From: Octopus sinensis
Taxonomy: Eukaryota
Direction: 5' to 3'
NCBI RefSeq assembly: GCF_006345805.1
Contig: NC_043024.1
Span: forward strand, 6,014,001-6,078,000
Length of the DNA: 64,000 bases
The translations under genes and the position numbers were made by a program. Below the pieces are notes generated by a model that made no database searches, was not told the origin of the DNA, and was given only the letters and a program-made list of their open reading frames with translations. Below, in pieces: positions 1 to 12,229 of this stretch; positions within the stretch are counted from its first letter, which is position 1; every line of letters starts with the position of its first letter.

Positions 1-13
1 CACATCATATATC

Positions 14-44
<31 letters not shown>

Positions 45-383
45 GTGTGTGTGTGTGTGTGTGATGTATGTATGTATGTATATATATATATATATATATA
101 TTCACACACGGATACATACATCAGCGTTAACTCTACACTCTGTGTGTGTATGTATATATGTATGTTTATATATATATATATATATATGTTTATGTGTATA
201 TTTATATATATATATATATATGCAGAGAGAGAGAAAAACAAGAAAGAAGCGATGTATAGATAGATAGAAAAATAGATACAAATAGACAAATAGATAGATA
301 GATAGCTAGATAGATAGATAGATTGACAGACGGATAGAGAGAGAGAGAGAGATGGATAGAGAGAGCGGGGTAGAAAGAGATGG

Positions 384-438
<55 letters not shown>

Positions 439-1168
439 CGTATATGTGTATGGATTGTTTATTTACAAATCTGGGGGAGGGGTCTCTCGAAAGTGTGTGC
501 ATGCGTATTTGTTTGTATATGCGTGTATATACTAACTAATTAATCGACGAATATACGTGTGGTAGTGAGTATCTATGAATGTATATATATGTGTATATAT
601 TTGTTATATATATATATTTCACAAACATGAACGCTATTTATTTCTGCGTGCATGTATGTATATATGCATTGACGCTCACACACACACACACACACATACA
701 CACACGTGTGTGTGTGTGTGTATCCCCTTATGATGTGATATGTGTGTGTGATGTGTGAAATGAGGCGGGGCAGTTAAGAATAAGAGGGTGAACAAGAGAG
801 GCGGAGGAGGAGGAGGAGGACGGGAAGAAAGAAAGAGTGGAAAAGAGAAGGTGCGGTGTGACGTAGCGTATACGCTTATATATTTGTGTGTGTGTCTGTG
901 TGTGTCTGTGTGTGTGTGTCTGTGTGTGTGTCTGTGTCTGTGTGTCTGTGTCTGTGTGTCTGTGTGTGTGTGTCTGTATGTCTGTGTGTGTGTGTGTTTG
1001 TGTGTGTTTGTGTTGGGTAGACGAGTTTGTTTCGGGAGTTGTTAGTGTCTCGTCTGTGTGTGTGTGTTGTGTACAAGTGAAAGGGAGAGAGAGAGAGAGA
1101 AAGAAAATGTAGATTCGACATCAAGTGTCTGTCTAGCAGTGTGCATACACACACATACACACATACAC

Positions 1169-1201
<33 letters not shown>

Positions 1202-1431
1202 TGTATGTATGTATGTATGTATGTATGTATGTATATATTTGTGTATGTGTGTGTATATGGTTTTAAATATATCCTACACACATTTACGTAAATTCGTGTG
1301 TGTTAACACACACACACATACACGCACACAGACAAACACACATACAAATACGCGCGCGCGCGAGAGAGAAAGATAGCTTTGTATGCATACACAACGGAGA
1401 TAGTATACCAATATAAGTTGTGTGCGCGCGG

Positions 1432-1470
<39 letters not shown>
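1..1470. repeat. Compound microsatellite field (TA, TG, AG, TATG, GATA)
   Basis: Visible di/tetranucleotide arrays; the ORFs here are HT/YI/CV low-complexity artefacts. Confidence 0.95.
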
Positions 1471-1474
<4 letters not shown>

Positions 1475-1555
1475 CATTAGTACATACACCCCCTCGCTTT
1501 GCCCGCACACACATGCATTGATACGGACAACTAAATGTAGAGATAGATGAATAGT

Positions 1556-1972
1556 CACAGATAGTGGCTGCATGGTAAGTAACTTGCTTACCTACCACAT
1601 GGTTCCAGGTTCAGTCCCACTGCGTGGCACCTTGGGCAAGTGTCTTCTGCTATAGCCCCGGGCTGACCAATGCCTTGTGAGTGGATTTGGTAGACGGAAA
1701 CTGAAAGACGCCCATCGTATATATGCATATGTATATATGTATGTGTGTGTGTATATATGTTTGTGTGTCTGTGTTTATCCCCCCCAACATCGCTTGGCAA
1801 CCGATGCTGTTGTGTTTACGTCCTTGTACTCAGTGGTTCGGCAAAAGAGATCGATTGAATAAGTACTAACTAGGCTTACAAAGAATAAGTCCTGGGGTCG
1901 ATTTGCTCGACTAAAGGCGGTGCCCCAGCATGGCCACAGCCAAATGACTGAAACAAGTAAAAGAGTAAAAGA
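1556..1972 (+). mobile_element. SINE family B, full-length copy (about 20 copies or fragments in window)
   Basis: tRNA-like head (gtggctg..tggtaag..ggttcagtcccac), internal TA/TG tract, tail gactgaaacaagtaaaagagtaaaag; recurs at 4085, 5931, 12317, 12761, 21511, 30284, 42395, 44381, 46400. Confidence 0.85.
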
Positions 1973-2011
1973 TTATATACACATACACACACACACACAC
2001 ATATATATATG

Positions 2012-2216
2012 CATATAAAGTTAATCCAAACAAGAAAGCACAAAAAGACACAACAACGCGAGGACGTGGAACAAATAAAGTATTATTGGACGCTCAGGAA
2101 GGAAGGGAAGAAGGGTTTAACGTTTCGAGCGGAGCTCTTCGTCGGAAACATAAGAGAAGAAAAGATCCAGAGAAGGGAAGACAGAGGAAAAAAAATCGCC
2201 AACGATACACACGCAG
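2012..2216 (-). mobile_element. Short Penelope-like (pLTR-derived) element carrying an HHR motif
   Basis: Reverse complement is clearly homologous to 9420-9601; pyrimidine-rich body around the HHR motif. Confidence 0.6.
2115..2149 (-). ncRNA. Minimal hammerhead motif with mutated core (CCGACGA)
   Basis: Minus strand GTTT-CCGACGA-A-GAGC-TCC-GCTC-GAAAC-GTT-AAAC; stems I and II pair; U4 changed to C. Confidence 0.55.
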
Positions 2217-2293
2217 TCACATTTTGAAAAAAAAAATATGTATATACACACACACACACACACATATATATGTTATAATTTCTAAATTTTTCG

Positions 2294-2331
<38 letters not shown>

Positions 2332-2390
2332 TTTATATATTGTTTGTACTCCACCTGCCTTCGTCTTTTGTTATTTTCGTAAACCTTCCG

Positions 2391-2429
<39 letters not shown>

Positions 2430-4084
2430 GCACATACATATATATATGAATATTTGTCTAACTCTGAGAGAGAGAAAGAGAAGAAGAAAGATACGAGACA
2501 CGTGTTTATTAATTATTTGGTAGTGATGCTTATGATGGTGACGGTCGTAGCGGGAGCCGTGGTGTTGGTGGTGCTGGTGTTGGGGGGGGGGGTGACTGTT
2601 GCTGATAATGAAACGAGGGATGCTGGTTATGATACAAAGTTGATGATGATGATGGCGATGAGGATGACGATGATGCTAATGATGATGATGATGATGATGA
2701 TGATGACGACGACGATGTCGATGACGATGATGATGTTGGTGATGATAAATATAGATTGTCTTTAATGGAGACGGTGAGTAGGCTTCAAAACCGGTTTTTT
2801 TTAAAACCCACCTCTTGGGTTCGCGAGTACCTTTAACGGAGTTCACTCTTTTGTAAGCCTCCACTGCAGGCGTCCCGCAAGGGGATGTTATAGCGATCTC
2901 CCGGTACACCACCATCCACTCACCCACCCACCCACCCCCAACCTCGCTACACTTCCCTCTCGATGCCCAAAGCAATATCTAAATTCGTTGAATAATTCTC
3001 TCTCATCATTTCCTACATCCGCCAACACCGATCGATCCTTGATTTCCCCGACACAGCATTCTTAACGGAGTGAGACGATTGGGCGCTGGCGTTTGGGCGC
3101 TGGCGATTGGGCACTGGCGTGTGGACGTTGATCAGTTGGCACTGCTGACTGGGCTGGATTGGACTGGATTGAAATGGAATGGAATGGAGTGGACAGGAAA
3201 TTCAGCCTGTTTTGGCGATTGTACGTTTTGACACTGGAGGAAGACACGCACATGCGCGGTAGAAGTATATTCATACATGTAGGAAGAGAAAGAGAGAGAC
3301 ATACGAACATAGTAACATAAACGGAGAGGTGCAAAAGGGGATGGGAAGGAGGAGAGAAAGAGAGAGAACAGGAGAAGAAGGGGAGGAGCAATTAGAAGAA
3401 GAGAGACGAGGAGATAGCGGAGAAGCGAGAGGACGAAAGAGAAGGAGAGAGAAAGGAAGAGAGAACAGATGGAGATGGAGGAGAGAGGAATAGAGAATAG
3501 GAGGAGGAGGAGGGGACGAGGAATTAGGAGAGAGACGAGGAGACAGGGGAGGAGAGAGAGGGGGAAAGAGAAGGAGAGAGAGGAAGTGGAGGAGAGTGGC
3601 GAGGAAACAGAGAGAGGCAAGGAAACAGTGGAAGATAGAGAGAGGAGGAGGAGGAAAGACAAGAGAACAAGAACAATATTAAAACGTCGGATGTCAAATA
3701 AGTCTGCGTCGAATGATCAACGCCGAATTGAAACGGTCGTACCAGAACGTCTTTTAGCCAACACACATGACAACTCTTCCGGGCCCCTCACTCCTCACCT
3801 GACGCTCAATCCTGATCCAATTCCACCGATCCGAGAAACAAGAACCCCAACCATTCCCGACCCTCCACTCCCTGCATCACCCAATCCAAACCCATTCACA
3901 CAGCCGGACCTTGACCCTTGGCCTTTGGCAAGGTGGCTTTCTGTCCGATCCAACCATCGCTGCATTTGCTGTTGGATCTCTTCCTCTCCCTTTCTCCCCC
4001 CTCTCTCTCTCAGTTTTCCAAGATTACATTTCGTTTCTCTATCACGTAGACTCTTACTATCACCCTTAGCAATAGCTACCCCTA

Positions 4085-4460
4085 CAGACGTGCGGCTGTA
4101 TGGTTGAGAAGCTTGCTTCCCAGCCAAGGGATCTTAAGTTCAGCCCCACTGCATGGTACCATGGGCAAGTGTCTTCTACTATAGACTCGGGCTGACCTAA
4201 ATCTTGTGAATGGATTTAGAATACAGAAACCGAAAATAAGCCAGATGTGTGTGTGAGTGTGTGTGTGTGCGAGAGAGACCACTGCTTAACAACCGGTGTT
4301 GGTGTGTTTACGTCCCTGTAACTCGTTTGGCAAAAGAGAGCGACAGAATAAGTATCAGTTTAAAAGAAAACAACGTACTGGAGTCGATTTGTTCGACTAA
4401 ACCCTTTGAAGGTGGTGCCCCAGCATGGCCGTAGTCCAATGACTAAAAGAAGTAAAAGAT
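4085..4460 (+). mobile_element. SINE family B copy
   Basis: Homologous to 1556-1972. Confidence 0.8.
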
Positions 4461-4502
4461 ACACACATACACACACATATGTAAATACTCGCCATTACAT
4501 TT

Positions 4503-5035
4503 TCAATCAACCAAATATGAACCATTTTGTTGCACAATGTGTCTCCATCTTTCCTTTAACTTGAAATTACCCTCTTCCCTGAATTGAGGTGATTTCATGG
4601 CAAAGAATTCATCAAGATATCTTTTTACGTCATCCAAGGAATTGAAATTTTTACCATTAAGACTATTCTGCAGAGACCTGAATAAGTGGAAATCCGAAGG
4701 AGCAATATCTGGTGAATATGGAGGGTGGGGTATCACATCCCAGCCGAGCTGCAGCAATTTTTGTCTGGTTCCCAAAGAAACGTGCGGTCTTGCATTATCA
4801 TGTTGGGAAGAAAAAACACACCCTTCCTGTTGGCCAATTCTGGACGTTTCTCTTGAATTGCTGCTTTTAACTCGTCCAGTTGCGTGCAGTATTTCTCAGA
4901 ATTAATTATCAGGTTACTTGGGAGAAGTCCATAGTACAGAATTCCTTTCCAATCCCACCAGACTCAACCATGTTCTGAAATAAGTCGAAAGGTAAGCTAC
5001 TATAAATCGGCACGAACTTTCCGAACAACCCAATA
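4503..5035 (-). mobile_element. Internally deleted mariner transposon (one TIR plus C-terminal transposase)
   Basis: ORF 4503-4775 LGWDVIPHPPYSPDIAPSDFHLFRSL; upstream frame WWDWKGILYYGLLP..HDNARPH; mariner-type TIR tattgggttgttcggaaagttcgtgcc ending near 5035. Confidence 0.9.
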
Positions 5036-5232
5036 TATCTGCATTGATATACGTGTGTGCATGTATATATAAATCTATAGCTATATGCGTGTGTGTGTGT
5101 GTGTGTGTGTGCGTGTGTGTGTGTGTGTTTTGCTACCCATTTCAAAGATAGTTGTTGGAATTGGCTGACTGAAAGCTTCACGTAAATGCTCTTTCCAGCG
5201 TGATGCTTGTCCGTCTTCTGTTGTTAGCTCAG

Positions 5233-5452
5233 GGCGGCGAGCTGGCAGAATCGTTAGCACACCGGGCGAAACGCGTAGCGGTATTTCGTTTGCCGCTACG
5301 TTGTGAGTTCAAATTCCGCCGAGGTCGACTTTGCCTTTCATCCTTTCAGGGGTTGATAAATTAAGTACCAGTTATGCACTGGGGTCGATATAATCGACTT
5401 TATCCCTTTGTCTGTCCTTGTTTGTCCTCTCTGTGTTTAGCCCCTTGTGGGT
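5233..5452 (+). mobile_element. SINE family A, full-length copy (about 15 copies in window)
   Basis: ggcggcgagctggcagaa..gagttcaaattccgccgaggtcgac..agccccttgtggg; recurs at 6870, 8321, 19275, 21907-22790, 45840-46210, 47000, 47585, 57905, 62894. Confidence 0.85.
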
Positions 5453-5930
5453 TGTTGGAATTACTCTTCCCACTTGCTAACTCGAACACGATTTTATACA
5501 TGGAGTTCGTGAGTTATGCAGCTTCCATACCTTTCTTCTTCCGCCACAGCTGCTTGTCTCTTCTGCACATTTTCTTCACTTCCTGACCAATTCTCTGATA
5601 GACTTCATCGTAAAGCTGCCACTGGTCGGTTAGACTTGCTTCATATGGCCTTGCTCATCAGACAAACATAACGAAAGTGAGAAAGGAAACTTACCAAACT
5701 CTCGACGAGGGTATGCTAACCCTACTTTCCAAACAAAATTAGGTACCCTGAAAAGCCTTTCTAAATATCTGTTGTTTAATATAACGATGTGTATGGATGT
5801 CAATGCATGTCCGAGTGGTATTTCGTACTGGCAAATTGTTGGGTAAGAAAGTTCCCTGTTAGTAATCCTGGTAAACCATGGTATTAGTTCCCCGCTGCTC
5901 CTGATAGTTCTCTAAGGTGGTGGCTGCCAG

Positions 5931-6340
5931 CTTTACTCTTTTACTCTCTTTTACTTGGTTCAGTCATTTTTGACTGTGGCCATGCTGGAGCACCGCCTTT
6001 AGTCGAGCAAATTGACTTCAGGACTTATGCTTTGTAAGCCTAGTACTTATTCTATTGGTCTCTTTTGCCGAACCGCTAAGTTATGGGGACGTAAACACAC
6101 CAGCATAGATTGTCAAGCGATGTTGGGGGGACAAACACAGACACATACATACATACATACATACATACATAGCCACTACACACATTTTTTCTCTCCTTGT
6201 TTTTTTTCTGTGTCCCTTTCTGTAGAAGAGCGTATGCTCGAAACGTAAAAGACTTTTCTATTCCTGGGCGTTATACTAATACATCTGTTTGTTTTGTACA
6301 CGACCTGTCTTCCTTTTTTTTTTTTTCGTGAACTCTCTAT

Positions 6341-6427
<87 letters not shown>

Positions 6428-6586
6428 CGACGGGCTTCCTTCAGTTTCCGTCTACCAAATCCACTCACAAGGCTTTGGTCGGCTCGAGGCTATAGTAGAA
6501 GACACTTTCCCAAGGTGCCTCGCAGTGGGACTGAACCCGGAACCATGTGGTTCGTAATCAAGCTACTTACCACACAGCCACTCCTA
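5931..6586 (-). mobile_element. SINE family B copy interrupted by an HHR-bearing insert
   Basis: 3' half 5931-6150 and 5' half 6425-6586 separated by microsatellites and the 6172-6340 insert. Confidence 0.8.
6216..6251 (+). ncRNA. Degenerate minimal hammerhead motif (core CTGTAGA)
   Basis: CTTT-CTGTAGA-A-GAGC-GTAT-GCTC-GAAAC-GTA-AAAG; stems I and II pair; A6 replaced by T. Confidence 0.5.
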
Positions 6587-6869
6587 CTTTAGCAAGTGTT
6601 TACATGTGGTGGTGTTTTTTAGATGTGTTAGTGTTCGGTGCAGTAGAGTAAATCATTTAAATCGGTTTTTGTCACCAACCACTGTTTACCAGCGTGAACT
6701 CTGAATACATTCAACATTATACAAAACATCACCATTTTATGGCAGAACCTGAATTTGTAACAGCAAGGTAGCCTGATCAAGTACACTCCGAGCCCAGCCC
6801 CCGTTTTCTTTTCTTTTTTTTTCAAGAAGATTTCAGCAATAAGCTGAATTTGATTTGACCTGCTTCCTT

Positions 6870-7102
6870 TCTATTTCTTTACTACCCATAAGGGGCTAAA
6901 CACAGAGAGGACAAACAAGGACAGACAAAGGGATTAAGTCGATTATATCGACCCCAGTGCGTAACAGGTACTTATTTAATCGACCCCGAAAGGATGAAAG
7001 GCAAAGTCGACCTCGGCGGAATTTGAACTCAGACAGTAGCGGCAGACGAAATACTGTTATGCATTTTGCCCGGCTTGCTAACGATTCTGCCAGCTCGCCG
7101 CC
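6870..7102 (-). mobile_element. SINE family A copy
   Basis: Reverse-complement homologue of 5233-5452. Confidence 0.85.
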
Positions 7103-7427
7103 TTTTGGCCTGCTTCCTTTCATTGACACAAGTCTGCCACTGCTGTAATCCACCAATCTTTATTGTAACCTCTTGTCTTACCTAAGGTGACACAGTAGAT
7201 TAGCGCTGAAAACACCAAAGCCATAGCAACTTGTGGTACCCCGGCATAACTTGTCAATCTCGGACAAGATCCAATAGGGCAGTGCTTCTCAAACTATCTG
7301 ATGTGGCATACCGGCAGTTTTTTTTTCCAATGTGCCACGGACCAGAAATTATAATCTATTTGCTATGTATGTATGTATGTATGTATGTATGTATGTATGT
7401 ATGTATGTATGTCATAAAGCGAGAGAG

Positions 7428-7713
7428 ATGAGTGACAACCTGGCCACTGGTGGTGGTGTAACACACCATACTAATCATATCTGTCGGGCATGTGGAAGAG
7501 AGTGTAATTCGGCAAGAGGACTTAAACGACATGCAAAGATACATGAAGCCCAGTTACAACTACAGCCAGTTATTACCGGTAAAGGTTTTAGCTGCCAATT
7601 CTGTACAAGACATTGTAGATCTTTAGCTGGGCTAAAAAGTCACATCCGATCACAGCACCAGTAACAGTTAAGCTTCGTGCAATGGCCATACCCGATAACA
7701 AGGGGGCAGCTAT
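7428..7713 (+). mobile_element. Probable LINE 3' fragment: 78-aa ORF with two C2H2 zinc fingers, short 3' UTR, then (ATGT)n
   Basis: ORF 7428-7664 CRAC-x12-H-x3-H and CQFC-x12-H-x4-H; no TGEKP linker; (TATG)n on both sides. Confidence 0.5.
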
Positions 7714-8320
7714 CATGTATGTATGTATGTATGTATGTATGTATGTATGTATGTATGTATGTATGTATGTATGTATGTATGTATGTATGTATGCATGCAT
7801 GGGGAGTAAAGCAGATTTCATAGCCACCAGTGCTGGTGGTCTGCGCTGTCATAAATTGTCTTTTATTGGTAAAACATAAATTCTTGAAGTTCATACGGTG
7901 CTGGGTGAAGAATTGCCTGGCATTTCAGACGGATTCTCTGTGTGAGGAAAGAGAAAAGATATTCTTTTTATGTCTTTAGTTCACAGGAATGTGGAATTGG
8001 CGGAGAATTATTGAGTTTCTGGGAATGTCTGAGAGGAATTGGTGCGAGAAGGGAAGGAAAAGAAATATGAAGTGTTTGGTAGGGTGTGCAAGGAGAATAA
8101 GGACACATATACACATACATGCGAATGTGTGTGTGTGTGTACGTAGTACACCCCAAGTTGCCATACATTATTTGTATTCTTAAAACAATGCGTACGTACA
8201 TACACATGCCCACCTATTTACCTGCCTGCCTAGATGTGTACACACATGATATATACATGCATATATACATACATACATTTACACATACATCATACATTCA
8301 TGCATATATATATATATATA

Positions 8321-8545
8321 TTTCTTCACTACAAGGAGCTAAACATAGAGGGGACAAACAAGGACAGACAAACGGTTTAAATCGATTACATCGACCCCAG
8401 TGCGTAACTGGTACTTAATTTATCGACCCCGAAAGGATGACAGGCAAAGTCGACCTCGGCGGAATTTAAACTGAGAACGTAACGGCAGACGAAATACGGC
8501 TACGCATTTCGCCCGGTGTGCTAACGTTTCTGCCAGCTCGCCGCC
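8321..8545 (-). mobile_element. SINE family A copy
   Basis: Reverse-complement homologue of 5233-5452. Confidence 0.85.
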
Positions 8546-8581
8546 CTATATATATATATTATGTATATATAAAATATATAT

Positions 8582-8633
<52 letters not shown>

Positions 8634-8941
8634 ATATGTATGTATGTATAAAACATGATAAAGGATTCTGGGGAGAATCGGGTACTTAGATGGTATGCGC
8701 CAGGTTGGGTTGATTTAACTTGTAGCACCACCTTTAGTCGGATCTATATACCGGGTACTGAAGTAATTCCAGTGAGATATTTAAGCTGTGCACACAGGGA
8801 AAATCCACCGTTAGGAGTATTTAACGCCCAGGGATTGGTCCAAATCGCGCGTTGTGTGGATGACAGGTCTGTTATTTTTTCTTTGCTACGCACACACACA
8901 TTTATTTATAAGCGCGCACACTCACACACATACATCCGTGT

Positions 8942-9266
8942 GTGCATAGCTGAGTGGTTAGTGCGCCGGGCTCACAATCATGAGATAGTGAGTTCGATTC
9001 CTGTATCGGCCTGTGTCTTGTGTTCTTGAGCAAGACACTATTTCACGTTGCTCCAGTTCACTCAGCTGTAGAAATGAGTTGTGACATCACTGGTGCCAAG
9101 CTGTATCGGCCCCTTTGCCTTTCCCTTGGATAACATCAGTGACGTGGAGAGAGGAGGCTTGTATGCATGAGCGACTGTTGGTATTTCATAAACAACCTTG
9201 CCTGGACTTGTGCCTCAGAAGGAAACTTTCTAGATTATTCATGACCGAAGTGTGTCTTTACCTTTT
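8942..9266 (+). mobile_element. SINE family D (tRNA-derived head)
   Basis: A-box-like tagctgagtggt and B-box-like gttcgattcc; reverse homologue at about 18525-18880, partial copies near 51285 and 55215. Confidence 0.75.
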
Positions 9267-9337
9267 ATGTGTGTGTGTGTGTGTGTGTGTGTTTGTGTGT
9301 GTTTGTGTGCGCGTGTGTGTGTACATACATGCATACA

Positions 9338-9373
<36 letters not shown>

Positions 9374-9419
9374 TGTATGTATGTATGTATGTATAAACGC
9401 ACGTTCAATACGTGACCGC

Positions 9420-9601
9420 GTGTGTATCGTTGGCGATATATTCCCTCCCTCTTCCCTTCTTTGGATCTTTCCTTTTCCTATGTTTCTGACGAAGAGCTCC
9501 GCTCGAAACGTTAAATCCTCCTTCTTTCGTTCCTTTCCTGAGCATCCAATAATACTATACTTGTTCCACGTCCACGCGTTGTTGTGTTTTTCTCTTTGTG
9601 T
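9420..9601 (+). mobile_element. Short Penelope-like element carrying an HHR motif, cut off by the assembly gap
   Basis: Homologous to 2012-2216 (reverse strand). Confidence 0.6.
9482..9516 (+). ncRNA. Minimal type I hammerhead motif with intact core
   Basis: GTTT-CTGACGA(9486-9492)-A-GAGC-TCC-GCTC-GAAAC(9505-9509)-GTT-AAAT; palindromic AACGTT replaces helix III. Confidence 0.65.
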
Positions 9602-9701
9602 NNNNNNNNNNNNNNNNNNNNNNNNNNNNNNNNNNNNNNNNNNNNNNNNNNNNNNNNNNNNNNNNNNNNNNNNNNNNNNNNNNNNNNNNNNNNNNNNNNN
9701 N
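9602..9701. other. Assembly gap (100 N)
   Basis: Run of N. Confidence 1.
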
Positions 9702-9956
9702 GTATGTGTGAGTGTGTATATGTGTGTGTGTATGTGTGTGTGTATATACTGTCTTGAGTTAATCTCGTTTCTATTTATGTGTATACGTATGTGTATATGT
9801 GTGCGTGTAACTATATTTCTGTGTGTGTGTACAGCTTAGTGTGTGCGCTTGTGCATGAGTAAAAGTGTGTATATGTGTATGCATGTACGTACACATGTGT
9901 GTGTGTGTGTGCAATGGTATGCGCACAAGCTTGTATTTACATTTGCATATACGTGA

Positions 9957-9987
<31 letters not shown>

Positions 9988-11025
9988 TAAAATTACGGTT
10001 TAGTGTGTGTATGTGTGTTTAAGTTTACATGTGTGTGTGTGTGTGTGTTAATGTGCAAATTGTGTATCTGTGTGTGTTATGCATGTTCTGTTTCTAAGCA
10101 TGTGTAATTAAGTATTTAAGTCTGTGTGTGTGTGTATATATATATGGGAGGGGGTGATTGTGTGTGTGTGATTGTGTATGCTTCTGTGTGTGTATCTGTG
10201 TGCCTAAGGCGATGTATGTGACACATACATACACACACATATCCATTTATGCATACACACACATGAATGCACCCTTATACATACACGCAAATATACATAC
10301 GTTTACACACGCGTATATGCATATATATATATATAAATACACACAAATGTATAAAGAGTGCGTGTGATACAGAGAGAAAGAGAGAGAGAGAGAGTGCGTA
10401 TTTATATCTGTGGTTATGTGTGGTTATGTGTGTGTATGTGCGTGTTTATGTAAGAGTGTGTATTAGCTTGCATAATTATGTGCCTGTGTGTGTGTGTTGT
10501 TTGTGAGCATGTGTAGTTAAGGACTTAAGTCTGTGTATCCATTTATGTATACTTGCGTGTATGTGTGTGTGTGTGTGACTGAGTGCTTGAGGCAATGTGT
10601 GTATGCTTGTGTGTGTGTGTGTGTGTGGGGGAGAGAGATTGTGCGTGTGTGTGTGTAAGTATGCGGTTAAGTATGTGATGCTTATAAACGGATGAGTGCG
10701 TTATTGTGTTTAAAAGTATGTTTTTTTGTATGTGTGTGCGGATGTATTTAGGCGAGTGTATGTATTTGCATATGAAAGTGTCTGGAATTATTTGGTTGTG
10801 GAGTGAATGTTTGTGTACGTGTATAGATGTATATGTGTTTGTGCATATGTGTATGCTTGTGTGTGGCGTGTGAAAGAGTGTGTGAGTGAAGGTATGTGTA
10901 ATTCACTTCACTGTGTATGTGTGCGTGTACAAGCGTATGTATTTTTATGTATATGTATTTGTGTGTCAGTGTGAATTAACATATACATATAATATATATA
11001 TATATACATATATATATATATTATG

Positions 11026-11060
<35 letters not shown>

Positions 11061-11086
11061 ATATATTATATATATATATATATATA

Positions 11087-11125
<39 letters not shown>

Positions 11126-11471
11126 GTGTGTAGATATGTGTTATATAAATATTAATATATATATATATATGTATATGTACATATATTTATATATATATGT
11201 ATGTATATGTATGTATATATATATGTATAGTTGTGACTGTGTGTGTATGTGATGTAGGGTGTGAGTAGTATACGTAGGGGTACCTGCTTAAATCAATGAA
11301 TGGTATGTGTAAATATGCATGGATTTCTGCGTGTGAATGTGTGTGTAAATATATAAGCGTGTGTGTGTGAGTATGTTTGTATGTGTATGAATGTATGAGT
11401 AAATGTGTGTGTGTGTGTGTGTACGGGATTATATCTGTTTTTTGTAAAGTGAGGCATGTCCGTGTGTGTAC

Positions 11472-11503
<32 letters not shown>

Positions 11504-11640
11504 AAGTCCGTGTGTCAGAGTTAGGTATGCCAGCCGTTATGTGATGAATGAGTACATGCATCTGTGTTACTATATATGCATTTGTATGTGTGTATACTTG
11601 TATGTGTGTGTGTGTCTGTTTAAAGTGTGTGTGTGTATTT
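9702..11640. repeat. Degenerate (TG)n/(TA)n low-complexity field
   Basis: Visible TG/TA arrays throughout. Confidence 0.9.
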
Positions 11641-12043
11641 CTCCTTCAATGATGTAAATATAAAAAACATGAAAAAGGGAGAAAAAAAACATCAAGGGAA
11701 GTAACTCTTACTTAATTCGCTGACTATATCGTTTAGCCCTGGGCCAGTCCTCACCGTCCTCATCAAGGAGACCTACTATTAAACGGTGTTCCATCCGTGG
11801 CCAATACTTCTTTGTTGTCCCCCAATCATCTTTGTATTTAGAACTAGATTATCTGAGGCAGCCTTAAGTTTTAATGAGACACGAGTGTGATTTGAATAAT
11901 ATTTCGCAGGTATTTCTAGCAATCCGAACGTCCCTGTCGTTGGCTTATCCTATTGGTATTGTTGTTTAGTCCCAGGTCATTTCTGATCCAGTAGACCTAT
12001 AATCAAAGAGTTTCCAACCATGACCAGCACGTCATTTTAGCAG

Positions 12044-12092
<49 letters not shown>

Positions 12093-12229
12093 CAAAATGA
12101 GAAAATGGAGAAATATATCTAAATCAATCATCAACCATCAGATAATACCCAATCAATACTTTATTAAACCATTACACAATAGCAATGATATTATACATTA
12201 ATATATATATGTATATATATATATATTTA

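Noticed and set aside
2633-2779. Poly-Asp frame ending ATG GAG ACG|GTGAGT
   Set aside because: Good donor but a (GAT)n-derived frame, weak acceptor and no partner exon
3469-4107. 212-aa + ORF
   Set aside because: First third is GA repeat; remainder has no recognisable domain or splice context
5620-5670. Minus-strand CTGATGA..GAAGC hammerhead-like string
   Set aside because: GAAA is mutated and stems II/III do not form
8942-9010. tRNA gene
   Set aside because: A/B boxes belong to a SINE head; no complete cloverleaf or poly-T terminator
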